From Malacoraja senta (taxonomy: Eukaryota): a DNA stretch of 64,000 nt. The stretch lies in assembly GCA_038087875.1 (NCBI GenBank), contig JAXLNO010003683.1:62001-126000 (forward strand), given 5' to 3'. The position numbers and the translations under genes are program-made. Below, one piece after another: positions 11,308 to 23,309 of the stretch. The notes beneath the pieces are model-generated. The model was not told where the DNA came from. It did not search any database and was given only the letters and a program-made list of their open reading frames with translations. Position 1 is the first letter of the stretch. Every line of letters starts with the position of its first letter.

Positions 11308-12005
11308 GTCAACTGAACCCGGAGCGCTGGAGAACGGACCGGGAGATTGTAACGTGTCTGGGAGACAGTGAACCCGCCGCCCCGGAGCCCCGGCCCAGGC
11401 ACATCCCCGAGACACGATACATCCCCAATGCGGGATCTGGGATGAAACCCCACCCGCGACTCACTAACACGGACCGCGTCCCTTCACACACGGAACCGGT
11501 CCCGTACACAAGGGTCCGGTCCGGACCTCCCGGCGCCGGTCTCCCAACACCGAGGCACCCAGTTCCAACACGGGAGGGTCTGTGCTCGGGTCCGGTTCAC
11601 ACAGGGTGAAGACGCCAGTCCCCGCTCCTTGGAGACCAATGAACACCGTGGTTTTGTGACAATCCCGGCGCTTGCAGTCCCGTCACCGAGACTGGACTCT
11701 TTTTTATCTTCACAATCCACATTTATTCACCCGAATATAAAATGGCCTCTGCCGTGGAGGCAACAAAACACCTGCCTCTTAATCCAGTCGACAGAGAGAG
11801 AAATAAACCACATGTTTGCCTACATCGGTTGAAGCTTTCAGTATAAGCGTCAGTCAGCCCGGGAGGGTGCGGGTGTGTGTGGTCCCGTCCCGCGCTGGAC
11901 TTGATGCAGTTTTATAACGTCTGGCAGTATTGGTAGAAAGAGATAGGATAAAGTGGACATGCAGGGATAGGAAGGGTAGAGGACATGTGTTGATGTTGTC
12001 CATAT

Positions 12006-14080
12006 CAAGTCAACTCAAGTGATGTGTCCCTGATAGGACAATGACATTCTTGCTTTGCTTCACCACACAGAACATAGAAGGTATTTACTACAAAACAGAT
12101 CAGTGTGTCCATATACCATAATATAAATATATACACACGTGAATAAATAAACTGATAAAGTGCAAATAACAGATAATGGGCTATTAATGTTCATAGTTCT
12201 GTCCGAGCCAAGTTTAATAGCCAGATGGCTGTGGGGAAGTAGCTATTCCTGAACCTGGTCGTTGCAGTCTTCAGGCTCCTGTACCTTCTACCTGAAGGTA
12301 GCAGGGAGATGAGTGTGTGGCCAGGATGATGTGGGTCCTTGATGATACTGCCAGCCTTTTTGAGGCAGCGACTGCGATAAATCTCCTCAATGGAAGGGAG
12401 GTCAGAGCCGATGATGGACTGGGCAGTGTTTACTACTTTTTGTAGTCTTTTCCTCTCCAGGGCGCTCAAGTTGCCGAACCAAGCCACGATGCAACCGGTC
12501 AGCATGCTCTCTACTGTGCACCTGCAGAAGTTAGAGAGAGTCCTCCTTGACAAACCGACTCTCCGTAATCTTCTCAGGAAGTAGAGGCGCTGATGTGCTT
12601 TCTTGATAATTGCATTAGTGTTCTCGGACCAGGAAAGATCTTCAGAGATGTGCACGCCAAGGAATTTAAAGCTCTTGACCCTTTCAACCATCGACCCGTT
12701 GATATAAATGGGACTGTGGGTCCCCATCCTACTCCTTCCAAAGTCCACAATCAGTTCCTTGGTTTTGCTGGTGTTGAGGGCCAGGTTATTGTGCTGGCAC
12801 TATATGGACAGTTGCTCGATCTCTCTTCTATACTCTGACTCATCCCCATCAGTGATACGTCCCACAACAGTGGTGTCGTCAGCGAACTCGATGATGGAGT
12901 TCGCACTATGACCGGCTACGCAGTCATGAGTATAGAGTGAGTACAGCAGGGGGCTGAGCACGCAGCCTTGAGGTGCTCCCGTGCTGATTGTTATCGAGAC
13001 TGACACATTTCCACCAATACGAACAGACTGTGGTCTGTGAAGGAGGAAGTCGAGGATCCAATTGCAGAGGAATGCGCAGATACCCAGTTCTGCGAGTTTG
13101 GTAACCAGCTTGGAGGGGATGATTGTGTTAAATGCCGAGCTGTAATCAATCAATAACAGCCTGACATATGAGTTTTTGTTGTCCAAGTGGTCCAGAGCGG
13201 AGTGGAGGGCCAGCGAGATCGCATCCACCGTTGATCTGTTGTGGCGGTAAGCGAACTGCAGTGGGTCCAGGTTTTTGTCGAGGTAGGAGTTGATTTGCTC
13301 CATGATCAACCTCTCAAAGCACTTCATCACCACGGCCGTTAGTGCCACAGGTCGATAGTCATTGAGGCACGTCACCTTACTCTTCTTGGGCACTGGTATA
13401 ATTGATGCCCTTTTAAAGCAGGTGGGGACCTCAGATCTCTGAAGTGAGAGGTTGAAAATGTCCGTAAAAACTCCAGCCAGTTGGTCCGCACAGGTTTTTA
13501 GAACACGACCAGGTATACCATCAGGTCCAGGTGCAGGTTCACCCCTCTGATGGATTTCCTGACGTCGGCCTCTGTGACTGAGAGTGAAATACCATCACAG
13601 CGAATGGGGGCTCGGGAAGGCACATCGTTGTTCTCCCTATCAAAGCGTGCGTAAAACGCATTGAGCTCATCAGGGAGTGATATTTCGCCGACATTCGAGC
13701 TGCCTCCTGGTTTCGCCTTGTGGGAGGTGATTGCATTCAGGCCCCGCCACAGCTGCCGAACATCTGTCTCAACCTTCAGTTTGGAGCAGAAGTCCCTTTT
13801 GGCCTTTTTGATGGCCTTACCAAGGTCGTATCTGGACTTCTTTTAGACCACTGTATCATCAGACATGAATGCCCGGTGTCTGGTCTTCAGAAGAGTGCAG
13901 ATCTCAAAGTTCATCCAAGGTTTCTGATTGGGAAACACTCGGAAGGTTTTGGTGGGGATGCAGTCCTCCTCACATTTCTTAATGAAGTCTGTAACGACTG
14001 TGGCGTATTCGTTCAGGTCCATTGCCGAGTCCTTGAACATTGCCCAGTCTACAGACTCCAAACAGTCCTGGAGTTGTTCC
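12006..14080 (-). mobile_element. Rex1/Babar LINE (RT), 5' part cut by the duplication junction
   Basis: ORF 12800-13393 [50 protein letters not shown]; 12191-12748 is the C-terminal domain; (CTTGA)-like tail at ~12010. Confidence 0.95.
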
Positions 14081-17000
14081 TGGGTGAGCAATGGGCGCAT
14101 CTACAGCTGATTTGGTGATTTGGACGTTGCGCTTCGCTCTCTGGGACGCTGCTCATTTACTGACTGCACTGGGGAGGGGGCGTTGCTGCTGCCGCTTCCC
14201 ATAATGTTCCTGCAATGACGGGGTTCAGGGGGGAACAGTCTCAATCAACATCTGGTGGGAATCACAGCTGGAGCGTTGCAGCGCTGGTTGACCCGAGGCC
14301 CGGAGCCGGTCGGGGGACGGAGTGGGAGGAGATCCTGGCGTTGAGGCGACACTTCCACCCGTGGACTGTGGGGCGGGGGGGGGGGCGATCAGGGAATGTG
14401 AGTCTTTGCTCGGGGGGGGCGTGTTCTACTTCACTGTCGCGACATAAATGTTCAATAAAGTCCAGTGTGTTCTCCAGCTGTCTGTCTGTCCGTGGCTGCT
14501 TGTGGTGGTGGTGGGGGGGGGTGGTCACGGGCATTGCGGGGGGGGTCACCGGTATTGGGAGGGTGAGGGGTCACGGTCATTGGGAGGGGCCCCAGTGGGA
14601 CGCGCCGTGGGAGGGGGTGGGGAAGGTGCTTGGACATCCGTGACCGGGGAGAGCGCGGACGGTGGTGTAGCGGTAGAGTTGCTGCCTCCCAGCGCCGGAG
14701 ACCCGGGCTCGATCCTGACTGCGGCTGTTGCCTGTACGGAGCTTGTAGGTTCTCCCCATGACCGCGTGGGTTTTCTCCGGGATCGCCGGTTTCCTCCCAC
14801 ACTCCAAAGACTTACATGTTTGCAGGTTAATTGGCTTGGTCAAATTGTAAATTGTCCTTCGTGTGTGTAGGATTGTGTTAGTGTGTGGGGATTGCTGGTC
14901 GGCGCGGACTCGATGGGCTGAAGGGCCTGTTTCCCCGCTGTATCTCTAAACTAAAGTCAACTGAACCCGGAGCGCTGGAGAACGGACCGGGAGATTGTAA
15001 CGTGTCTGGGAGACAGTGAACCCGCCGCCCCGGAGCCCCGGCCCAGGCACATCCCCGAGACACGATACATCCCCAATGCGGGATCTGGGATGAAACCCCA
15101 CCCGCGACTCACTAACACGGACCGCGTCCCTTCACACACGGAACCGGTCCCGTACACAAGGGTCCGGTCCGGACCTCCCGGCGCCGGTCTCCCAACACCG
15201 AGGCACCCAGTTCCAACACGGGAGGGTCTGTGCTCGGGTCCGGTTCACACAGGGTGAAGACGCCAGTCCCCGCTCCTTGGAGACCAATGAACACCGTGGT
15301 TTTGTGACAATCCCGGCGCTTGCAGTCCCGTCACCGAGACTGGACTCTTTTTTATCTTCACAATCCACATTTATTCACCCGAATATAAAATGGCCTCTGC
15401 CGTGGAGGCAACAAAACACCTGCCTCTTAATCCAGTCGACAGAGAGAGAAATAAACCACATGTTTGCCTACATCGGTTGAAGCTTTCAGTATAAGCGTCA
15501 GTCAGCCCGGGAGGGTGCGGGTGTGTGTGGTCCCGTCCCGCGCTGGACTTGATGCAGTTTTATAACGTCTGGCAGTATTGGTAGAAAGAGATAGGATAAA
15601 GTGGACATGCAGGGATAGGAAGGGTAGAGGACATGTGTTGATGTTGTCCATATCAAGTCAACTCAAGTGATGTGTCCCTGATAGGACAATGACATTCTTG
15701 CTTTGCTTCACCACACAGAACATAGAAGGTATTTACTACAAAACAGATCAGTGTGTCCATATACCATAATATAAATATATACACACGTGAATAAATAAAC
15801 TGATAAAGTGCAAATAACAGATAATGGGCTATTAATGTTCATAGTTCTGTCCGAGCCAAGTTTAATAGCCAGATGGCTGTGGGGAAGTAGCTATTCCTGA
15901 ACCTGGTCGTTGCAGTCTTCAGGCTCCTGTACCTTCTACCTGAAGGTAGCAGGGAGATGAGTGTGTGGCCAGGATGATGTGGGTCCTTGATGATACTGCC
16001 AGCCTTTTTGAGGCAGCGACTGCGATAAATCTCCTCAATGGAAGGGAGGTCAGAGCCGATGATGGACTGGGCAGTGTTTACTACTTTTTGTAGTCTTTTC
16101 CTCTCCAGGGCGCTCAAGTTGCCGAACCAAGCCACGATGCAACCGGTCAGCATGCTCTCTACTGTGCACCTGCAGAAGTTAGAGAGAGTCCTCCTTGACA
16201 AACCGACTCTCCGTAATCTTCTCAGGAAGTAGAGGCGCTGATGTGCTTTCTTGATAATTGCATTAGTGTTCTCGGACCAGGAAAGATCTTCAGAGATGTG
16301 CACGCCAAGGAATTTAAAGCTCTTGACCCTTTCAACCATCGACCCGTTGATATAAATGGGACTGTGGGTCCCCATCCTACTCCTTCCAAAGTCCACAATC
16401 AGTTCCTTGGTTTTGCTGGTGTTGAGGGCCAGGTTATTGTGCTGGCACTATATGGACAGTTGCTCGATCTCTCTTCTATACTCTGACTCATCCCCATCAG
16501 TGATACGTCCCACAACAGTGGTGTCGTCAGCGAACTCGATGATGGAGTTCGCACTATGACCGGCTACGCAGTCATGAGTATAGAGTGAGTACAGCAGGGG
16601 GCTGAGCACGCAGCCTTGAGGTGCTCCCGTGCTGATTGTTATCGAGACTGACACATTTCCACCAATACGAACAGACTGTGGTCTGTGAAGGAGGAAGTCG
16701 AGGATCCAATTGCAGAGGAATGCGCAGATACCCAGTTCTGCGAGTTTGGTAACCAGCTTGGAGGGGATGATTGTGTTAAATGCCGAGCTGTAATCAATCA
16801 ATAACAGCCTGACATATGAGTTTTTGTTGTCCAAGTGGTCCAGAGCGGAGTGGAGGGCCAGCGAGATCGCATCCACCGTTGATCTGTTGTGGCGGTAAGC
16901 GAACTGCAGTGGGTCCAGGTTTTTGTCGAGGTAGGAGTTGATTTGCTCCATGATCAACCTCTCAAAGCACTTCATCACCACGGCCGTTAGTGCCACAGGT

Positions 17001-17728
17001 CGATAGTCATTGAGGCACGTCACCTTACTCTTCTTGGGCACTGGTATAATTGATGCCCTTTTAAAGCAGGTGGGGACCTCAGATCTCTGAAGTGAGAGGT
17101 TGAAAATGTCCGTAAAAACTCCAGCCAGTTGGTCCGCACAGGTTTTTAGAACACGACCAGGTATACCATCAGGTCCAGGTGCAGGTTCACCCCTCTGATG
17201 GATTTCCTGACGTCGGCCTCTGTGACTGAGAGTGAAATACCATCACAGCGAATGGGGGCTCGGGAAGGCACATCGTTGTTCTCCCTATCAAAGCGTGCGT
17301 AAAACGCATTGAGCTCATCAGGGAGTGATATTTCGCCGACATTCGAGCTGCCTCCTGGTTTCGCCTTGTGGGAGGTGATTGCATTCAGGCCCCGCCACAG
17401 CTGCCGAACATCTGTCTCAACCTTCAGTTTGGAGCAGAAGTCCCTTTTGGCCTTTTTGATGGCCTTACCAAGGTCGTATCTGGACTTCTTTTAGACCACT
17501 GTATCATCAGACATGAATGCCCGGTGTCTGGTCTTCAGAAGAGTGCAGATCTCAAAGTTCATCCAAGGTTTCTGATTGGGAAACACTCGGAAGGTTTTGG
17601 TGGGGATGCAGTCCTCCTCACATTTCTTAATGAAGTCTGTAACGACTGTGGCGTATTCGTTCAGGTCCATTGCCGAGTCCTTGAACATTGCCCAGTCTAC
17701 AGACTCCAAACAGTCCTGGAGTTGTTCC
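14081..17728 (+). repeat. Tandem duplication unit 2
   Basis: Essentially identical to unit 1 apart from homopolymer lengths. Confidence 0.97.
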
Positions 17729-17930
17729 TCTGCCCCCCCCCCCCCCGCCCCCCGACCAGCTCTGTACTGTCCTCACCTCTGGGGGTGCGCTCTATAATTG
17801 CTGCCTGTAGGCAGGAAGAAGCAGCACCGCGGTATGGTCGGATTTACCGAAGTGAGGGCGAGAGATGGAACGATAGGCATTCTTGATGGTGGACATGCGG
17901 GGTGAGCTGGGGCCTGGACACGTGTTGCGG
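15654..17930 (-). mobile_element. Rex1/Babar LINE, 5'-truncated in the endonuclease end, frameshifted
   Basis: Same RT ORFs; continues past 17728 into STIKNAYRSISRPHFGKSDHTAVLLLPAYRQ (APE C-terminus, SDH motif). Confidence 0.93.
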
Positions 17931-17934
17931 CTGA

Positions 17935-18290
17935 GTGGGTATTGGGCGGGGCGGAGTGGACAAGGGGTGGAGCAGAGTGGACGGAGACAAGCTTACGCTG
18001 GGGCGGAGCAACGGACATCAGGCGGGGCAGTGGTCAGTGGGTGGGGAAAAGTAGAAGGGACTGGGAAGAGTGGACAGGGGCAGGGCATTGACCAGTGGGC
18101 GGGGCAGTGACCAGTGGGCGGGGCAGTGACCAGTGGGCGGGGCATTGACCAGTGGGCGGGGCAGAGTGGACCGTGTAGGGATGACGTCACTCCAGGTCTG
18201 GGCCCGGCAGCGACTTACACGTTTGATTACTTTATTTGATCCAAGACCGCAAAACGGGATTGGCGCTTTCATTGCGTCAGCCACGGACTG
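17935..18290. promoter_or_regulatory. GC-box/CRE/CCAAT cluster, possible promoter
   Basis: Four 19-bp repeats gaccagtgggcggggcagt (Sp1-type GGGCGGGG) at 18090-18165, perfect CRE TGACGTCA at 18182-18189, ATTGG at 17941 and ~18259. No associated exon found. Confidence 0.3.
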
Positions 18291-18334
18291 TCACAATCTT
18301 CATTCACCACATCCGTCGGACACCCGGGTCTCGG

Positions 18335-18800
18335 CGCGGTGGCGCAGCGGCAGAGTTGCTGCCTTACATCGTCAGAGATCCGTGATCAATCACGTATACC
18401 GGTGCTGTCTGTACGGAGTTTGTATGTTCTCCCGTGACCCCCTGGGTTTTCTCCGGGATCTTTGTTTTCCTCCCATACTCCCGTACAGGTTTGCAGGTTA
18501 ATTGACTTGGAAAAATTGTCAATTGTCCCTCGTGTGTGTAGGATAGTCTTGATTTTAGTTTAATTTAGAGATACAGCGTGGAAACAGGCCCTTCGGCCCA
18601 CCGAGACCACGCCGACCAGCGGTCCCCTCACACTAACACTATCCTACACACACTGGGGTCATTTACAATTTTCTCAAGCCAATTTTCTACAAACCTGAAC
18701 GTCATTGTGTTGTGTGGGAGGAAACCGGAGCACCCGGAGAAAACCCACGCAGGTCACGGGGAGAACGTGGGTCTGTGGCGCTGTAAGGCAGCAACTCTAC
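18335..18800. mobile_element. Two V-SINE copies tail-to-tail
   Basis: Plus copy from ggcgcggtggcgcagcgg (~18335); minus copy from tttagtttaatttagagatacagcg to ctgtaaggcagcaactctac. Confidence 0.75.
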
Positions 18801-18920
18801 AGCCCTTGTTAATGTTAATTAATGATAGTGTAATACGTCACTGGTCAGTGCATTCTCGGTGGGCCGAAGGGCCTGTTTCCGCGCTGCATATCTAAACTGA
18901 ACTAAAGTAAGGCAACGTCT

Positions 18921-19102
18921 GAAGACAGACACAAAATGCTGGAGTAACTCAGCGGGACAGGCAGCATCTCTGGAGAGAAGGAATGGGTGACGTTTCGAGT
19001 CGAGGCCCTTCTTCAGACGGTCTCGACCCGAAGCGTCCGCCATTCCTTCTCCAGAGACGCTGCTTGAACGATCAGTTCCTCCAGCATTTTGTGTCTATCT
19101 TC
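18921..19102. mobile_element. Fold-back element made of two inverted PLE 3' ends, with hammerhead motif (18989-19016, -)
   Basis: gaagacagacacaaaatgctggag...gaaggaatgggtgacgtttcg is mirrored by cgacccgaagcgtccgccattccttctcc...ctccagcattttgtgtctatcttc. Confidence 0.75.
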
Positions 19103-19199
19103 GGTCTTGTGTCTGGAAGGTTTTCTGCTCCCTGGTTGGCTCCTCCGTCAGCCTCTCATCTGGGTTCCATCCACAATCTAATGACCAATCGGAGAGAGA

Positions 19200-19976
19200 C
19201 AACCAGGTCCCAGAGACCACCCTACGTTGCCTGGTGTCCGCCAATCCTACCTCCTGGTCTAGTAAGTTGGTGTGGATTGAATATGTCCACAATTCCCAGC
19301 CCAGTTCTACCACCGGTCTGTCTCCATCCCACTGCTCCCGAGGTTACCAGCCACCTCTGTTCCCAGATCAAGAGGAGAAGGTCTCCGTTCCCTCTGCCCA
19401 GCGGTTTGTGCGCCGCGGTCGTCGGACCTTGAGGGAGGCCCGTTCTGCCCCGCTCCGCACCGCTTCCAGGTATAGACGACGGGCGGATCATCACCGGACC
19501 CCTGCCCCTCGCTACCGCCCTGGGCAGAGGGTCTGGATGTCCACCCGAGACCTCGTCCTCCGCGTTGAGTCCAGTAAGTTGACGCCCCGGTTTATTGGTC
19601 CATTCACTGTTCTCAGAGTCATCAACCGCTCTGCTGTCCGCCTTAGACTGCCCCGGTCTATGTGTATTCTCCCCACCTTCCATGTATCCCGGGTTAAGCC
19701 TGAATCTTCCAGCTCCCTGTGTCCCGCTCCTGTGCTCCCTCCGCCACCCCGCATCATTGACGGTGGTCCCACGTACATGGTGAAGCGACTGCTGAAGTCC
19801 CGGCGGTGTGGCAGAGGGATCCAGTACCTGATTGACTGGGAGGGCTACGGACCAGAGGAGAGGAGCTGGTTCCCTGCCCGTGACATCTTGGACCCTTCCC
19901 TCATCCGTGGTTTTCATCAGCAGCATCCGGATCAGCCTAGGAGGCCGCCAGGAGGTGTCCGTGGGAGGGGGGCTCC
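19200..19976 (+). mobile_element. Chromoviral Ty3/gypsy integrase C-terminus + chromodomain, with PPT
   Basis: ORF 19234-20028 [51 protein letters not shown]; PPT gggagggggg before the LTR. Confidence 0.93.
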
Positions 19977-20227
19977 TGTCACCTGCCACGTCTCCAGACA
20001 GTTGAGACTCTCCACATCCCTCCCCTGATCTAAACATGAGTTACACCTGCAATCACCCTGCTGCCCTCATCAGTCAAGGGTTATATGCCCGCTATCTACA
20101 TTCACTCCCTGCCGACTAATCCGTTCAGTATTCAGTCGGTTACCTTCGCGTTTGGATGTTGGTTTTCTCCAGGATTTGACTCTTTGTGCCCGCATTCGAG
20201 TTTTCTCCATTCCTGAGAATCCTGACA
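19977..20227 (+). mobile_element. Ty3/gypsy 3' LTR
   Basis: Starts TGTCAC immediately after the PPT and ends ..cctgaCA. Confidence 0.75.
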
Positions 20228-20469
20228 CGGTTAACTTGAGTCCCATTAGCTACAACTCATCAGCGGTTTGATTCATTCCAAATATATTGTTTCCTCCACA
20301 GTGAGGATGTTTAAGTTTACATCCACGTTAGAATGAACTAACGCAAGAATTTGCGCCGGTGTGGGTGCCCTTCAGTCTTGGTAAATTCCGGAATACTTAG
20401 CATTTACTGGGGCAGTTTTGCATTTTGTGTTAATTTTATTTGAAATCCACACAAAATGTATCCAAATTA

Positions 20470-21110
20470 CTTACATTGAAGCATAGAAACATCGAAAATA
20501 GGTACATGAGTAGGCCATTCGGCCCTACAAACCAGCACCGCCATTCAGTATGATTGTGGCTGATCATCCAAAATCAGTACACCGTTGGTGCTTTCTCCAC
20601 ATGTCCCTTGATTCCGTTTGCCCTAAGAGCTACATCTAACTCTCTCTTTAATGCATCCTGTGAATTGGCCTCCATTGCCTTCTGTGGCAGAGAATTCCAC
20701 AGATTCATAACTCTCTGGTGAAAACGTTTTTCCTCATCTCAGTCCTAAATGGCTTACCCCTTATTCTTAAAAGTTGACCCCTGGTTCTGGATTCCCCCAA
20801 CAACAGGAAAAAAAATCTGCATCTGGCCCGTCCAATCCCTTACGAATTTTATTTGTGTCTGTAAGATAACATCTCATCCTTCTAAAATCCATTAAATATA
20901 AGCCCAGACGACCTATTCTTTCATCATATGTCAGTCCCACCATACCGGGAATTAACCCGGTGAACTCACGCTGCACTCGCTCAATAGCAAGAATGTCCTT
21001 CCTCAAATTAGGAGACCGCAGCTCCTCACAATACTCCAGGTGTGGTCTCACCAGCACCCTGTACAATAGAGGAAAAGTGACAAGCAGAACTTGAATTCTC
21101 TAAATTCATA
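20470..21110 (-). mobile_element. CR1 LINE 3' fragment (mirror of 2091-2720)
   Basis: ORF 20767-21066. Confidence 0.9.
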
Positions 21111-22121
21111 ATACCTCATTCAAGATATTTTATCAGACGTCTTCACTCTGATTTTAACCGGTGATGTTCATGCCTATTTGTAGTTACCTTATTTTACACA
21201 GTACTACACTACTGCGGATAGGAATTGTGTTTCACTACGAACAACTTTGCTGTTGAATGACAAATGTTGTAAATCTGAATTAGGACATTGAATCAAAATA
21301 TATTTCTTTAGTCATACCTGGGCCGTGTTCGATGCATTGTTGATCAGAGCTGGCAATAGAACTGCTCTTGTAAATCGCGAGAGCATCCATTGGCTCACTG
21401 AAATGGCAAGTGACCACCATGTTATATGTATGTGGGATAATTTCTGCTTTACTGTCAGATAGGAGATAAATGGAGCATGTTTAAATATGCACTATGGAGC
21501 AAATTATTCAGAAATAGACACTGCGTTGCAGTAATTCATTGGGTCAGGGACATCTCTGGAGTACACAAATACGCGGCATTTAGGGTCGGGACCTTCCTCA
21601 TACATTGCAGTGGGTGGGGGGGGGTGCGGGGGAGGGGGGGGGGGAGTGAAGCTGGAAGAGACGTGTTACGGGGCAAAGCCGGACAAATGACATGTGGATA
21701 CAGGTTCGCAGTAGTTTGGATTGGTAGATGATTGCACAAACGACAGAGATGATAACACAAACATTGAAGGACAAAGATAAAAGGGAAGCGAATCATTTGC
21801 ACATCACGCATCTAGTATTAGACAGATGTGTTGCATCACGACCACATTCAGCAACGTGAACGCCCAGGTAACTCATATTTCGCCTGGGCAGTTACAACCA
21901 AGTGGTATGAATATTGATTCATCTAACTTCAAGTAACCCCTGCATTTGCTCTCCCACCCCCCACCCAAGTCGCACCAGCTTCTCGTTCTCGCCTAGCAAA
22001 TAGCTAACAATGGCCTGTTCACCGACTCACTTTTACTTATTAGCATATATTTCATTAATTTGTTCTATATCTCTCGACATCACCTTCACATCTCTCGTTT
22101 CCCTTTCCCCCGACTCTCAGC

Positions 22122-22149
22122 CTGAAGAAGGGTAACGACCCGAAACGTC
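22122..22149 (+). ncRNA. Minimal hammerhead ribozyme motif
   Basis: CTGAAGA-A-GGGTAACGACCC-GAAA-CG-TC. Confidence 0.6.
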
Positions 22150-23309
22150 ACACATCCCCTCTCCACAGATGCTGCCTGTCCCGCGGAGTTACTCCGGCAT
22201 TTTGTGTCAATTTCCGCCCAGGTGGAAGACATTTATAGATAATCGCAAAGATAATTCCATTATTCCATCTCCATTTCAAGTTAGCTGTTCTGAGCGGTGT
22301 GCCGTACCTAGATGGATTTATGTGAATATTTACATAAGAAATAATTCAACAATTCAGAACAACGCTGGTTTCTTATCCGTTCTAAAATCTCTCCGAAATA
22401 TCATTGTAACCGTTATTTTTGTTGTTTGGGTATCGCGTGTACATTTCGTATATTCGTATATTCACAATATGTATCCATGTGGTATCGGTTTCATTAATTT
22501 ACGTTGAGCAATGTAACCTCCAATAGTAACTGTAACCCCAGCAATTGTATCAGTGGATAACACCTGTAACAGTGGCCAGCACAATATAGACTTACATGAA
22601 TTATTTTNNNNNNNNNNNNNNNNNNNNNNNNNNNNNNNNNNNNNNNNNNNNNNNNNNNNNNNNNNNNNNNNNNNNNNNNNNNNNNNNNNNNNNNNNNNNN
22701 NNNNNNNNNNNNNNNNNNNNNNNNNNNNNNNNNNNNNNNNNNNNNNNNNNNNNNNNNNNNNNNNNNNNNNNNNNNNNNNNNNNNNNNNNNNNNNNNNNNN
22801 NNNNNNNNNNNNNNNNNNNNNNNNNNNNNNNNNNNNNNNNNNNNNNNNNNNNNNNNNNNNNNNNNNNNNNNNNNNNNNNNNNNNNNNNNNNNNNNNNNNN
22901 NNNNNNNNNNNNNNNNNNNNNNCTTTGAATGGATAGCTGACATTTCGGGCTGGGGCTTTTCTTCAGATTCCAGCACCTTCACAATTTTGACGTCTGCAGC
23001 ATCTCAGTATATTGTGTCTTCTTCCACATGGGACACAAGGAGGGAAAGCTGAATGAATAGAAAATTAGCTCCATAGAATGAAGCAGATGGTGACGGTGGA
23101 AGGTTGTTATTCTGACTTCTTCTTATCGTCCACACACAAGATTAGAAATTGTTCAGCCAGAGCTGAACACACTTCCCAACATCTTCATACAATGGTGTCT
23201 GTCTTGTCGCTTCTTGTGCCCGGTGGTGGAAAGATTGGTGGAAACAGAGCCGCGACGTGAACGCTCTTTCCTTTACCCCCGTTTTTCTGACTGGAGGCCT
23301 GAAAAACAA

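Larger units (their letters stand above)
10236..11372. repeat. Inner inverted repeat, right copy
   Basis: Reverse complement of 4866-5986. Confidence 0.93.
10436..14080 (+). repeat. Tandem duplication unit 1 (~3.65 kb)
   Basis: ORF track repeats with a constant 3648 offset (10800/14448, 12191/15839, 12800/16448); junction gagttgttcc|tgggtgagca at 14080/14081. Confidence 0.97.
19355..23210. repeat. Right arm of the large inverted duplication
   Basis: Reverse complement of 1-3785, including the gypsy, CR1 and PLE pieces. Confidence 0.93.

Noticed and set aside
13843-14100. Chimeric ORF MRPLLTQEQLQDC as a new gene
   Set aside because: Created by the tandem-duplication junction within a broken LINE; no evidence of function.
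18090-18265. MHC SXY promoter module
   Set aside because: Spacing between CRE and ATTGG is wrong and it lies downstream of the class I gene; kept only as a generic promoter-like cluster.
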